From: Bacteroidales bacterium
Lineage (GTDB): Bacteria; Bacteroidota; Bacteroidia; Bacteroidales; P3
DNA: 64,000 nucleotides
NCBI GenBank assembly: GCA_016296345.1
Contig: JAEDJL010000003.1
Span: 4,555 to 68,554 of the forward strand
Reading direction: 5' to 3'
Part shown: positions 8,328 through 18,427 of the stretch, one piece after another
How the letters are laid out: every line of letters starts with the position of its first letter
How positions within the stretch are numbered: the first letter of the stretch is position 1
Notes under the pieces: model-generated
The model's database searches: none
The model's input: the letters and a program-made list of their open reading frames with translations, nothing else
What the model was told of the DNA's origin: nothing
Translations under genes and position numbers: made by a program

Positions 8328-9098
8328 CTAAAACCTGTCCCAATCTTTGGCAACGGGGAATTTTGTTCTGAAATCGGTCAAGCGATCCTTGTCCAAGTTG
8401 GCATAACAAACCTGTTCGCCGTCTTCGTCTGCAACAACCAACAATTTGCCTTTGAAATCCCTTACGACAGAGTGTCCTTGGTAGTTGTTGCCTTGGTTAT
8501 CCATTCCGCAGCGATTTACTCCCACAACATAGGCTTGGTTCTCTATCGAACGGGCTTCAAGCAACACGTCCCATTGACTTATTCTTAAATCCGTCCAACT
8601 TGCAACGCATAAAAGAATATCGTAATCGAACTCGCCTTCTTGGTATTTGTTTCTTGCCCAAAGCGGAAAACGTATGTCGTAACAAGTTATCAGTTTTATC
8701 TTCCAGCCCTTATATTCCAAAATGAGGTGCTTATTTCCGGGTGTTATCACCTTTGGTTCTTTTGAAAGGCAGAAAAGGTGTGCCTTGTCATAGTATTGGA
8801 TGCTGTTTTCAGTAACAAAGAAATGACGATTGTAGTAGTTCTCTCCCTCTTTTATGAAAAGACCTCCCGAAACCGCCATGTGCCTTTGCTCTGCAAGCTC
8901 TTTCATAAATTCCAATCCCTTTGAGGCTTCCATTGTTTCGGCATATTCGGTATCCATTGTGAAGCCTCCGGCAAACATTTCGGGCAACACCAACAAGTCG
9001 GTGTCCCAATCAAGTTTTGAAAGTATGGAACGATACCTCAAAAGGTTCTCGTCAATTTTGTTATCCTTCGTGTTTGCTTGAAAAATTGCTATTTTCAT
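8328..9098 (-). CDS. yafV: Carbon-nitrogen hydrolase family amidohydrolase (omega-amidase YafV-like)
   Basis: 256 aa. LPEMFAGGF, YDKAHLF, CYDIRFPLWARN and IENQAYVVGVNRCG parallel the E. coli YafV / nitrilase-superfamily Glu-Lys-Cys motifs. Confidence 0.8.
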   Translation of the reverse strand: MKIAIFQANTKDNKIDENLLRYRSILSKLDWDTDLLVLPEMFAGGFTMDTEYAETMEASKGLEFMKELAEQRHMAVSGGLFIKEGENYYNRHFFVTENSIQYYDKAHLFCLSKEPKVITPGNKHLILEYKGWKIKLITCYDIRFPLWARNKYQEGEFDYDILLCVASWTDLRISQWDVLLEARSIENQAYVVGVNRCGMDNQGNNYQGHSVVRDFKGKLLVVADEDGEQVCYANLDKDRLTDFRTKFPVAKDWDRF

Positions 9099-9141
9099 TC
9101 TCTTTATCGGTATTATTTTGTAATCAATTCTTTGTTTTGAT

Positions 9142-9660
9142 TTATCGACCCGAGCCGCAGTTGCACGGATGGTCCATTCTGATTTTTGCCAAAGGAAATA
9201 AGAGTTTTATGGCTTTTTGTTCCTTGAGTGTCATTTGAATAGCTCTCATGTCCAAGTAGCGTAAGTCCCATTTGGAAAGGGCTTGTGGCAAATTTCTGCA
9301 AGGATTGTCCCACATTATGAGGCTGTCTATCGACAGGCAGGCGAGACTTTCGGGAAGTGTTTCTATGTAATTGGACGACAAATCCAAGTATGTGAGTTTT
9401 GAAAGAAGAGAAAGGCTGTCCAAATTGCCCGAAAGGCTGTTGCGAGAGAGTATCAACTTTTTCAAATCTTTGAACTCGAACAACTCGGGCGGTAATTGTT
9501 TGAGACGACTTTTCGACAAATCCAAACACTCCACGCATTCGCCCGACTGCTTTGCCTGCTCGATGGATTTGAAACACCTTTGAGCCGACGCTCCTGCCGA
9601 AACCGCAATGCCAATCATGCACGCAAAACTACAAATCACCCAAAATTTTCTTTGCTTCAT
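9142..9660 (-). CDS. Secreted leucine-rich-repeat (LRR) protein
   Basis: Signal peptide (FWVICSFACMIGIAVSAGASAQ). Repeated LxxLxLxxNxL units (LKKLILSRNSLSGNLDSLSLLSKLTYLDLSSNYIETLP). Confidence 0.7.
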   Translation of the reverse strand: MKQRKFWVICSFACMIGIAVSAGASAQRCFKSIEQAKQSGECVECLDLSKSRLKQLPPELFEFKDLKKLILSRNSLSGNLDSLSLLSKLTYLDLSSNYIETLPESLACLSIDSLIMWDNPCRNLPQALSKWDLRYLDMRAIQMTLKEQKAIKLLFPLAKIRMDHPCNCGSGR

Positions 9661-10606
9661 CGCAATCTTTTTCTATCTGCTGTTTTAGTTCGTCCAAAGT
9701 CTCGAAACCCTTTTGGCAACGCAGGTATTCGATAAATTCTATCTCGATTTGTTTGCGGTAAATCTGCTCCGAAAAATTCAAGATATGCACTTCGCAACTT
9801 CTTTCGGCTTGGTCGATTGTGGGTTTGCCGCCCAAGTTCAGCACTCCGCCATATTGCCTGCCCTCATGCAGCACTCTGACTGCATAAACTCCGTCTTTTG
9901 GTAAGAGCTTTTCGGGATTTGGAGCTATGTTTGCGGTAGGAAAGCCGATTTGTCTGCCGATTTGTCTGCCTGCTTCTACATTTCCACAGATTGAATAGGG
10001 CTTTGAGAGCATCTTTTGAGCCAAAGACACATTTCCTTCTGCCAATAGTTTGCGTATCCGGGTCGAAGAGACTTCCAAACCTTCGCAAAGCACCTTGCAA
10101 TCGCTTCGTCGTACTCTCACTCCTTTGTATTCTCCTTTTGAAACGATGTCGTCAAACTCTCTGCTGCCTTTTCGTCCGAAGCGATTGTCGTATCCGACCA
10201 ACACCTCGCAGGGATTGATTTTTTCGATGAGCAAATCCAAAAATTTTGAGGCTTCCAAAGATGCCAACTGCTTGTCAAAATTCAGCCAAAGCAACCAATC
10301 TGCTCCGCAAGAGGCGATTTTTTGCACTCTTTCGTCCTGTGTGTCAAGCAAAGCGAAACCTCCGTCTGTTGCTCCGAGAACTTGGCGAGGGTGAACGGGG
10401 AAAGAAACCACCACACTCTCTGTATTGTCGGCAGAAGAAAGCGATACCAATTCGTGCAACAAGCATCTGTGTCCGGAATGTACCCCGTCAAACATTCCGA
10501 TTGTCAAAAAGGGACGCTTGTCCGACAACTTATACTTTTCAAACGCAATATCTTTCAAATTTTGTCTCTCTTTTTTGAATTTAACTTCGTCGAAAAACGC
10601 CTGCAA
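9629..10606 (-). CDS. ribF: Bifunctional riboflavin kinase / FAD synthetase
   Basis: 325 aa. GMFDGVHSGHRCLL (nucleotidyltransferase HxGH-type motif), GFPTANI, and the C-terminal riboflavin kinase pattern (VHILNF..QIY...IEIEF..YLR....F). Confidence 0.9.
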   Translation of the reverse strand: MQAFFDEVKFKKERQNLKDIAFEKYKLSDKRPFLTIGMFDGVHSGHRCLLHELVSLSSADNTESVVVSFPVHPRQVLGATDGGFALLDTQDERVQKIASCGADWLLWLNFDKQLASLEASKFLDLLIEKINPCEVLVGYDNRFGRKGSREFDDIVSKGEYKGVRVRRSDCKVLCEGLEVSSTRIRKLLAEGNVSLAQKMLSKPYSICGNVEAGRQIGRQIGFPTANIAPNPEKLLPKDGVYAVRVLHEGRQYGGVLNLGGKPTIDQAERSCEVHILNFSEQIYRKQIEIEFIEYLRCQKGFETLDELKQQIEKDCDEAKKILGDL

Positions 10607-10734
10607 AGGTAAGAAAACAAAACCGAACAGCCGTAAAACAGGGCGTTATTTCGGCTTTTGGAGCAATTTTAAGGGCTTAAACATTTTGATTTACGCCACT
10701 TTATCGTATCTTTGCACACAAAGAATTGAGTGAT

Positions 10735-12639
10735 ATGGTTCGACAATATATTATAGTGGCGATTGCGTTGTTTTCTTGCTCGGTTTGTTTGGCTCAAAGC
10801 AAGGCTGACAAAGATTTTGAGAAGATAAGAACTCTTCTTATCAGGCAAGAGAATGACAAAGCAGAGAAACAACTTCTCAAAATGGTAGAAAAATATCCCG
10901 ACTACCTGCCTGCACAGCTTGCCTTGGGCGAAGTGTATTTTGTTTCGGGCAACCATGCTCTTGCAAAGCCATATCTGCTTTTTGTTGCCTCGAATGACCC
11001 TGCCTTTGACCCAAATTGCCACATCAAATTGGCAGATATATATGAAAAGGAAGGCAAGACAGACAGTTGTGAGGCTGCTTTGAGAAATTATCTTGCCTTT
11101 TCGCCCGACAGAGAGCCTTATTTGAAAAAGCGAAAAGAAGTTCAACACCGCACAGACTGCCTCTTGTTTCGCAAAGAGGCTGTTTCCAATCCCGTAAACT
11201 TCGCTCCATACAATTTGGGGGCTGACATAAACAGCCAATTTGACGAATACCTGCCCACAATTACCGCCGACGAAAGTTCATTGCTCTTTACGCGAAGAGA
11301 GAAAGACCCTTTGACAAACAAATACGAAGAAGGATTTTATCTTTCCAAGGCAACAAATGGTCAATGGCAGAAAGCAGAACTGCTGCCCGGCGTTCTCAAT
11401 TCGCAATTCAACGAGGGAGCAGCCTGTATCTCCCCCGACGGACGCTATATCTACTTTACAAGATGCCATGCTCCCGACGGAGTCGGCAGTTGCGACATTT
11501 ATCGAAGCGAGAAAAAGGGAGATAGCTGGGGCGAAGCCGAAAATCTCGGAACAAATGTAAATTCTGCCTCATGGGACGCCCAACCTACGATAGCCTCTGA
11601 CGGAAGAACTCTCTTTTTTGCTTCCAATCGTCCGGGCGGAATGGGCGAAAGCGACATTTATTTCACATATCTGAAAGACGATGGCTCGTGGACAAAAGCC
11701 AAAAACTGCGGTGAAATCATCAATACCGAGGGTAAGGAAATTTCTCCTTTCATTCACCCCTCCAATCAGGTGCTTTACTTTGCTTCAAACTACCATTGCG
11801 GAATGGGAGGCTTGGATATATTTTACTCACAAATCGAAAACGGCAAATTTCTTCCCCCTCAAAATATGGGATACCCCATAAACACAGCCTCAGACGAGAG
11901 TTGCCTGATTGTATCTGCACAAGGCGATTATGCCATTTACGCAAGGCAGAGAGACGAAGGCAGAGGCGGCTTGGATTTGTACGCCTTTGAGCTTGACAAG
12001 AGCCTGCGTCCGCCTGCTGTTACTTACGTTTGCGGAAAGATAACGGACTTTGAGAGTGGCAAGGCGGTAAGGGCAAAAATCGAGGTGAGAAATCTCGATA
12101 ACACAAAGGTGGTTTGCTCTGCCATGTCGGACGATAGAAGCGGCGAATACTTGGTTTGTCTTCCTGTCGGTGCAGATTATGCTTTCTCGGCGTCATCTGA
12201 GGGCTACCTTTTCCACTCCGAGAATTTTTCTCTCAAAACTTCGGACGGCAAGACCCCATACCAAAAAGACATAGCGATGAAACAAATCAGCATCGGCTCG
12301 TCTTTGGTTCTCAACAACATATTTTACTCTACTGCAAGCAGCTCTCTGCTCAAAGAATCCTTTGCCGAGTTAAATACTTTGGTGAAATTGTTGGACGAAA
12401 ACCCTTCTCTGAAAGTTGAAATCGAGGGTCATACAGACAATGTGGGCAGTGAACAATACAACAACAAGCTTTCGCAAGAGCGAGCCGACGCAGTAAAAAA
12501 CTATTTGGTCGAAAAAGGCATAGCCGAGAGCCGTCTGAAAAGTCGCGGATATGGTTTTACCAAACCGATTGCCGACAACAGTACGGAAGAAGGACGGGCA
12601 AAAAACAGAAGAACTCAAATAAGGATAACAGAAAGATAG
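10735..12639 (+). CDS. OmpA-family periplasmic/outer-membrane protein with TPR and TolB-like (PD40) repeats
   Basis: ATG at 10735 yields signal peptide MVRQYIIVAIALFSCSVCLAQ. TPR region, repeated PD40-like segments (SPDGRYIYFT, ASDGRTLFFASNR), and a C-terminal OmpA domain (VEIEGHTDNVGSEQYNNKLSQERADAV..YL, GRAKNRRTQI). TATCTTTG box at 10707-10714. Confidence 0.85.
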   Translation: MVRQYIIVAIALFSCSVCLAQSKADKDFEKIRTLLIRQENDKAEKQLLKMVEKYPDYLPAQLALGEVYFVSGNHALAKPYLLFVASNDPAFDPNCHIKLADIYEKEGKTDSCEAALRNYLAFSPDREPYLKKRKEVQHRTDCLLFRKEAVSNPVNFAPYNLGADINSQFDEYLPTITADESSLLFTRREKDPLTNKYEEGFYLSKATNGQWQKAELLPGVLNSQFNEGAACISPDGRYIYFTRCHAPDGVGSCDIYRSEKKGDSWGEAENLGTNVNSASWDAQPTIASDGRTLFFASNRPGGMGESDIYFTYLKDDGSWTKAKNCGEIINTEGKEISPFIHPSNQVLYFASNYHCGMGGLDIFYSQIENGKFLPPQNMGYPINTASDESCLIVSAQGDYAIYARQRDEGRGGLDLYAFELDKSLRPPAVTYVCGKITDFESGKAVRAKIEVRNLDNTKVVCSAMSDDRSGEYLVCLPVGADYAFSASSEGYLFHSENFSLKTSDGKTPYQKDIAMKQISIGSSLVLNNIFYSTASSSLLKESFAELNTLVKLLDENPSLKVEIEGHTDNVGSEQYNNKLSQERADAVKNYLVEKGIAESRLKSRGYGFTKPIADNSTEEGRAKNRRTQIRITER

Positions 12640-12640
12640 A

Positions 12641-13564
12641 ATGACAGAGCAAAAACACGATTTGGAAGGATTGGATTTGATTTCCTTTTTCGGAGTGAAC
12701 GAAAAGAACCTCAATTTTTTGAGGATATTGTTTCCACGCTTGGTTTTGGTACAACGCAACTGCTCTTTGATTGTCAGAGGCGGCAAAGAAGATATGCAGG
12801 AGTTTGAAACATTTTTTCAAGACCTTGTTTGCCGTTACCACAGCGAGGGAACACTTGACGAAAACATCATTATGCAAACCAAAAATGGCGAAACAATGCC
12901 ACCGAAAGACGACGATGATGTTTTGGTTTATGCTTATGGCGGAGCAAAGATAAGAGCCAGAACAGCCAATCAGCGAAAAATGGTGGAGCAAATTGAGAAA
13001 AACGATATGCTTTTTGCTCTCGGACCTGCCGGAAGCGGCAAAACCTATACTGCGGTGGCACTTGCGGTCAGGGCTTTGAAGTCCAAGCAGGTCAAAAGGA
13101 TAGTTCTTACTCGTCCTGCGGTCGAAGCAGGAGAAAATCTCGGCTTTCTGCCCGGCGACATGAGGGAAAAACTCGACCCATACTTGCAACCGCTCTACGA
13201 TGCACTCAGAGATATGTTGAGTACTCAGCGTTTGGAACGACTGATTGAAGACAGGACGATAGAGATTGCCCCTTTGGCATTCATGAGAGGACGAACGCTT
13301 GACAATGCCTTCGTGATTTTGGACGAGGCACAGAACTCTACGGCAAACCAATTAAAGATGTTTCTCACCAGAATGGGCAGACATTCCAAGTTTATCATAA
13401 CCGGCGACAGCACTCAGGTCGATTTGCCAAAAAATCAAACCTCCGGACTTATTCCGACGGTCGAAAGATTAAAGCACATCAAGGAAATCTCGATTGTAAA
13501 CCTGACTTGCAGCGACATTGTGCGACATCCGTTGGTTACAAAGATAGTTGAGGCTTTGGATTGA
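12641..13564 (+). CDS. phoH: PhoH-family ATPase
   Basis: 307 aa. Walker A GPAGSGKTYTAVALAV, and RIVLTRPAVEAGE.LGFLPGD, FMRGRT and ILDEAQN are PhoH/YbeZ signatures. Confidence 0.9.
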   Translation: MTEQKHDLEGLDLISFFGVNEKNLNFLRILFPRLVLVQRNCSLIVRGGKEDMQEFETFFQDLVCRYHSEGTLDENIIMQTKNGETMPPKDDDDVLVYAYGGAKIRARTANQRKMVEQIEKNDMLFALGPAGSGKTYTAVALAVRALKSKQVKRIVLTRPAVEAGENLGFLPGDMREKLDPYLQPLYDALRDMLSTQRLERLIEDRTIEIAPLAFMRGRTLDNAFVILDEAQNSTANQLKMFLTRMGRHSKFIITGDSTQVDLPKNQTSGLIPTVERLKHIKEISIVNLTCSDIVRHPLVTKIVEALD

Positions 13565-13590
13565 GGCTTTTACCAATACCACACAAGGAA

Positions 13591-16500
13591 ATGAAAAGAT
13601 TGTTTTTTGCTCTTGTCATAGTTTTTTTTGCTTTTGAGAGTTTTTCTCAGTCGGTTATCCGTTTTGAACAAAACAAGGGTCAATGGGAAGACCAAGTGCT
13701 TTATATGGCAAGGCTTGAGGGCGGATTTGTTTTCGTCAGAGAAGACGGTTTGTTGTTCTCCTATTCTCCCAATGTGCCGCACAATCATGATGCAACTTTG
13801 CAGCAGAGTAATCACTCGGGTCATGCCTTTTTGCTAAGACCGTTCGGAATGCAAAATACCAAGCCTTGTGCCACCGACAGCCTGCAAGGATACAGCAACT
13901 ACTTTATCGGCAACGACCCTTCCAAGTGGCAGAGCAATGTGGCGGCGTTTTCTACCATATTATATAAAGATGTATATAGCGGAATTGATTGGAAAATTTA
14001 CTCCGACGGCGGAAGATTGAAACATGAGTTCATTGTAGCTCCCGGGGCTGACGTTTCGCAAATTCAAGTCGAATACAGAGGTGTCGAAAGCATGAGTATA
14101 ATCGACGGAAATTTGCATCTGAAACTCTCTGTCGGCACGGTAGTCGAGCAAAAGCCCGTTTCATTTCAGCAAAACGGCGATTTAATCGACCAAATCGGCG
14201 TTTCATTTCAGCAAAACGGCGTTTTGTTAAGCTATGATATTGAGACATTTAACCACGAGAAAGAATTGATAATAGATCCCGAGCTTGTATTCTCGACTTA
14301 TTCGGGTTCTGTGTCGGATAATTGGGGATTTACCGCAACCTATGACGATTATGGCAATCTCTATTCGGGTTCTATTGTTTCGGGAGTGTACTATCCCACA
14401 ACCGAAGGAGCGTTCAGCGACAATTTTGGCGGAGTATGGGATTGTGCAATAACGAAATACTCTTCCGACGGCTCACAAATGATTTTTTCTACTTACCTTG
14501 GCGGCAGCTACAGCGAGATGCCACACAGCATGATAGTCGATTCTCGTGGCGATTTGATAGTTTTCGGAACTACGGGCAGCTTTAATTTTCCCACAACCGA
14601 GTGTGCATACAGCCGTTGGTTCTCCGGAGGAACTGCGGTAACCTATGACGGAACTGTAACCTTTCCTCACGGAGTTGATATGTACATCAGCCGTTTCAGT
14701 TCGGACGGAACACAGCTCAATGCCTCAACCTACATTGGCGGAAGCGGCAATGACGGACTTAACTACCGCGACCGCTACAACTCATCGCAACTCTTGACAT
14801 ACATAGGCAACGATTCGCTCTACGCAAACTACGGAGACGGAGCCAGAGGCGAGCTTATAACAGACGATAGAAACAATATATATGTGGGAAGCAGCACTTT
14901 CTCTTCTGATTTTCCCACAACGGCAGGAGCTTTTCAAACCACATCGCACGGAGAGCAGGAAGGCGTGGTCTTAAAGTTGGATTACACCTTGGGAACTTTG
15001 CTTTTCTCCTCCTACATTGGCGGAAGCTCTGACGATGCCGTCTTCAGCATAGACACAGACGACCAATACAGACTTTATGTTACCGGAGGAACGGTCTCAA
15101 ACGACTTTCCGACAACACCGAACACCTACAACACCACCCACAACGGCGGAAGCACAGACGCATTCGTCGCCTTGGTGTCATACGATGGCTCTACGCTTCT
15201 TCGTTCCACCTATTTCGGTTCGTCAGAGTTTGATTTGTCCTATTTTGTTCGCACAGACCGCCACAACAATCCTCATATTTTCGGTCAGACAAAGGCAGAA
15301 GGAGCAACTCTTGTCCACAATGCACAATACAATATCCCAAACAGCGGTCAGTTCATAGCCAAATTCAAGCCTCTTTTGGACAGTTTGGAATTTAGTACGG
15401 TCTTTGGAACGGGCGATGGTCGCATAAACATTTCGCCAACCGGCTTTGCAGTCGATGTATGTGGCAGAATTTATGCCTCGGGTTGGGGAAGAATGTTCAA
15501 ATATCTGCCAAATCTGCCTCCTCAATTCGGAACAATGAATATGCAAACCACCTCCGATTGTTACCAAAGCAATACCGACGGTCAGGATTTCTACATTATA
15601 TCTTTACAAAACGATGCTTCTGCCTTGGATTATGCCACCTTTTTTGGAGAAGTCAGCACAACAAGTACCCGAGGAGCCGACCACGTCGATGGAGGTACCA
15701 GCCGGTTTGACAAAAAAGGCAATCTGTATCAAGTAGCCTGCGCAAGCTGCGGCGGAACAGACAATTTCCCTATTTATCCTGCCAATGTGTGGAGCAGCGA
15801 TAACGGTTCGACAAATTGCAATGCCGCTTCATTCAAATTTAATATTCATTCAGACTTTGCAGTTGCCGACTTCTCTATGCCGGACTTTGTTTGCTATCCC
15901 GACAGTGTGCGATTGGAAAACCGCGGACGGGCAGACAGATACCTATGGCTTTTTGGCGACGGAACATCTTCAACCGAGACCAATCCCACACACCATTATG
16001 CTCAAAGCGGAACTTATACCATTACGCAGATTGCATACATGGACAACGCATGTCGAAGTTCCGACACACTCTCTCGCACAATCATTTTATTGGATAACCA
16101 TACCGACACCCTTTCGGAGGTGATTGCCTGCGGCGGAGAGTTGGTTCAGATTGGTCTTACCGACTATCCGTCTTCCGATGTATCCTTTCAGTGGTATCCC
16201 CAGAGCGGTTTGAGCAGTCCGAACGTCCCCGACCCATATCTTTTGGTCTCTTTGCCTACCGATTATAGGCTTGTTATCACCACTTCTTCCTGCAACGATA
16301 CACTCTTGCAGCCTATCAGGTTGAGGGATATGTCTATTGACCTTCCCGACACTATACATTATTGCAATCAACCTTACTCTCTGCAACTTCCTTCGGACAT
16401 TCCTTCGTCCTATTCGGTCAGTGCATCATGGCAAAGCTCTCCCGAAGAAGTTATTGCGGCAGTTGGAGGCGTCATAACGATAGAACAGTCTCTTTCATCT

Positions 16501-17778
16501 TGGTTATACATCAACATAACAGAGGGTAATTGCAGCGGAAGGGATAGTGTGTATATGGATTACGGCGGAGGCTGGCTCAATGTGCAGACTGTGCCTGTCA
16601 GGTGCAACAGCGAAAGCAACGGATACGCCATTGCCACAACCGGAGGGCTTACTCAGCCGATTTTTTATTCGTGGAGTTGCAACCAAAGCGGCGAAGGCAT
16701 AGACTCTGTGGGAAATCTTTCTGCGGGAAGCTACACTCTTTCGGTTACTGACGCAAATGGTTGCAGTATATCGGAGCAATTTGTCATCGGTTCGACAGAT
16801 GACATTTCCGTTGTGCCGACCCACAGCGACAATCCTTGCCAAAACGTGTGTAATGCGGCAATCACTCTCGCTATTTCGGGCGGAAGTCAGCCCTATTCGG
16901 TGCAATGGGATAACAACATGACGGGAGAGCATATCGAAGGGCTGTGCAGCGGAATTTATGTCTATACTCTGACCGACGACACCGGCTGTTCTCTTACCGA
17001 CAGCATAGAAATCAAAGATATTGACACATTGCGTTTGGAGCTTTCGGCAACCCATAATAATTGTCCCGAAGGTTGCGGAGCTGTGATTTCGTCCGAAGTT
17101 TACGGAGGGCAAAATCCCTACACTTACTCTTGGAGCGAAGGCAGCAGCAGTGCCAATCTTACCAATGTCTGCTGCGGAGACTATTCTCTGAGCGTAAGTG
17201 ATGCAAATGGTTGCACAACAGCAGGAAGTATAACGGTGGATTATATTGATGCCTTTGCCGATTTTCAAATCGAAGCGAGCCAATCGAGGGTATTTGACGG
17301 TCAGAGCGTAATTCTTTCCTGCACTCCGATTGAGCAAATGCACTACTTGTGGACACCTTCCGAACATTTATCAACGCCATATATGCCTTCGACCGAAGCC
17401 ACAATGTATTCCACCACAACTTTTTATGTTTTTGTTAGCGACAATCATGGTTGCTCTCTCAAAGACAGCGTTGTTGTCGAGGTCGATGTGGTGAATTGCG
17501 GAAAGCCCAACCTATATGTGCCGAATATTTTCACGCCCAACGACGACGGAAAGAACGATAAGGTGTTTGTGAGCGGCGATTGGATTGAGGACTTTACCTT
17601 TGAGATTTTCGACCGTTGGGGAGAGAAAGTTTTTTCGACTTCCGACCTCAATGAGGGCTGGGACGGCACTTTCAATGGCAGAAAGTGTGATGCTGCGGTC
17701 TATTTTTACAAACTTGAAGTCCGCTGTCAGGGAGGCAAGACCTACATTGGCGGCGGCGACATTACCTTAATAAGATAA
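13591..17778 (+). CDS. Large secreted T9SS cargo: beta-propeller (SBBP-like) repeats, PKD domain, SprB-type repeats, type B (CHU_C/gliding-motility) C-terminal sorting domain
   Basis: ATG at 13591 yields signal peptide MKRLFFALVIVFFAFESFSQ. Repeated STYLGGS..D blocks, PKD (LWLFGDGTSSTETNPTHHYAQSGTYTIT), repeated Cys-bracketed ~75-aa modules (C.G..NG.I......GG..PY.YSW), and a C-terminus PNIFTPNDDGKNDKVFV...FEIFDRWGEKVF......GWDG...G......VYFY characteristic of type B CTDs. Confidence 0.85.
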   Translation: MKRLFFALVIVFFAFESFSQSVIRFEQNKGQWEDQVLYMARLEGGFVFVREDGLLFSYSPNVPHNHDATLQQSNHSGHAFLLRPFGMQNTKPCATDSLQGYSNYFIGNDPSKWQSNVAAFSTILYKDVYSGIDWKIYSDGGRLKHEFIVAPGADVSQIQVEYRGVESMSIIDGNLHLKLSVGTVVEQKPVSFQQNGDLIDQIGVSFQQNGVLLSYDIETFNHEKELIIDPELVFSTYSGSVSDNWGFTATYDDYGNLYSGSIVSGVYYPTTEGAFSDNFGGVWDCAITKYSSDGSQMIFSTYLGGSYSEMPHSMIVDSRGDLIVFGTTGSFNFPTTECAYSRWFSGGTAVTYDGTVTFPHGVDMYISRFSSDGTQLNASTYIGGSGNDGLNYRDRYNSSQLLTYIGNDSLYANYGDGARGELITDDRNNIYVGSSTFSSDFPTTAGAFQTTSHGEQEGVVLKLDYTLGTLLFSSYIGGSSDDAVFSIDTDDQYRLYVTGGTVSNDFPTTPNTYNTTHNGGSTDAFVALVSYDGSTLLRSTYFGSSEFDLSYFVRTDRHNNPHIFGQTKAEGATLVHNAQYNIPNSGQFIAKFKPLLDSLEFSTVFGTGDGRINISPTGFAVDVCGRIYASGWGRMFKYLPNLPPQFGTMNMQTTSDCYQSNTDGQDFYIISLQNDASALDYATFFGEVSTTSTRGADHVDGGTSRFDKKGNLYQVACASCGGTDNFPIYPANVWSSDNGSTNCNAASFKFNIHSDFAVADFSMPDFVCYPDSVRLENRGRADRYLWLFGDGTSSTETNPTHHYAQSGTYTITQIAYMDNACRSSDTLSRTIILLDNHTDTLSEVIACGGELVQIGLTDYPSSDVSFQWYPQSGLSSPNVPDPYLLVSLPTDYRLVITTSSCNDTLLQPIRLRDMSIDLPDTIHYCNQPYSLQLPSDIPSSYSVSASWQSSPEEVIAAVGGVITIEQSLSSWLYINITEGNCSGRDSVYMDYGGGWLNVQTVPVRCNSESNGYAIATTGGLTQPIFYSWSCNQSGEGIDSVGNLSAGSYTLSVTDANGCSISEQFVIGSTDDISVVPTHSDNPCQNVCNAAITLAISGGSQPYSVQWDNNMTGEHIEGLCSGIYVYTLTDDTGCSLTDSIEIKDIDTLRLELSATHNNCPEGCGAVISSEVYGGQNPYTYSWSEGSSSANLTNVCCGDYSLSVSDANGCTTAGSITVDYIDAFADFQIEASQSRVFDGQSVILSCTPIEQMHYLWTPSEHLSTPYMPSTEATMYSTTTFYVFVSDNHGCSLKDSVVVEVDVVNCGKPNLYVPNIFTPNDDGKNDKVFVSGDWIEDFTFEIFDRWGEKVFSTSDLNEGWDGTFNGRKCDAAVYFYKLEVRCQGGKTYIGGGDITLIR
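14146..14232. repeat. Four-unit composite repeat embedded in frame inside the T9SS cargo CDS
   Basis: Core centres at 14156, 14177, 14198 and 14219 (21-nt spacing). The 23-nt string cgtttcatttcagcaaaacggcg occurs twice. Encodes KPVSFQQNGDLIDQIGVSFQQNGVLLSY. Confidence 0.8.
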
Positions 17779-17782
17779 CACA

Positions 17783-18412
17783 ATGGCAAAGCAAAAGAAA
17801 TATTACGTTGTTTGGAACGGAAGAAAGTGCGGAGTGTTTGACAGTTGGGACGAGTGCAAACAATCGGTCAGCGGATTTGGAAAGGCAAAGTACAAAGCGT
17901 TTGACACTCTCTCCGAAGCAGAACAGGCATACGCCTCAAACCCCGACCGATACATCTTTTCAAAGCCCAAAACTCCCGAAGTGAAACAATCTTCCCTGAC
18001 GGCAGGACTTCCAATCCTCGATGCGATTGCAACAGACGCCGCTTGCAGCGGAAATCCGGGCGTCATGGAATACCGGGGTGTCTATATAAAAACAGGAAAG
18101 ACCCTCTTTCACTACAAACACTCCAAAGGAACGAACAACATCGGTGAGTTTCTCGGAATAGTTCACGGATTGTCATATCTCAAACGTCGAGGTCTCACAC
18201 AGCCTCTTTATACCGACAGCGTCAATGCAATCAAATGGGTAAGAGAAAAGAAGTGCAGAACCACCATGAAGCAGGACGAAAATAACAAAGACCTCTTTGA
18301 ATACATTGCCCGTGCCGAAAAGTGGTTGCAAGAGAACGACTACACAACCCAAATCCTCAAATGGGAAACCGATGTGTGGGGAGAAATTCCTGCCGACTTT
18401 GGTCGTAAATAA
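17783..18412 (+). CDS. rnhA: Ribonuclease HI with N-terminal hybrid-binding (RNase H1 N-terminal) domain
   Basis: N-terminal YYVVWNGRKCGVFDSWDECKQSV.GF..AKYKAF.T..EA. C-terminal RNase H fold (ATDAACSGNPG..EYRG, TNNIGEFLGIVHGL, YTDS..A..W). Confidence 0.85.
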   Translation: MAKQKKYYVVWNGRKCGVFDSWDECKQSVSGFGKAKYKAFDTLSEAEQAYASNPDRYIFSKPKTPEVKQSSLTAGLPILDAIATDAACSGNPGVMEYRGVYIKTGKTLFHYKHSKGTNNIGEFLGIVHGLSYLKRRGLTQPLYTDSVNAIKWVREKKCRTTMKQDENNKDLFEYIARAEKWLQENDYTTQILKWETDVWGEIPADFGRK

Positions 18413-18427
18413 TCCGAAAAAAGAATT

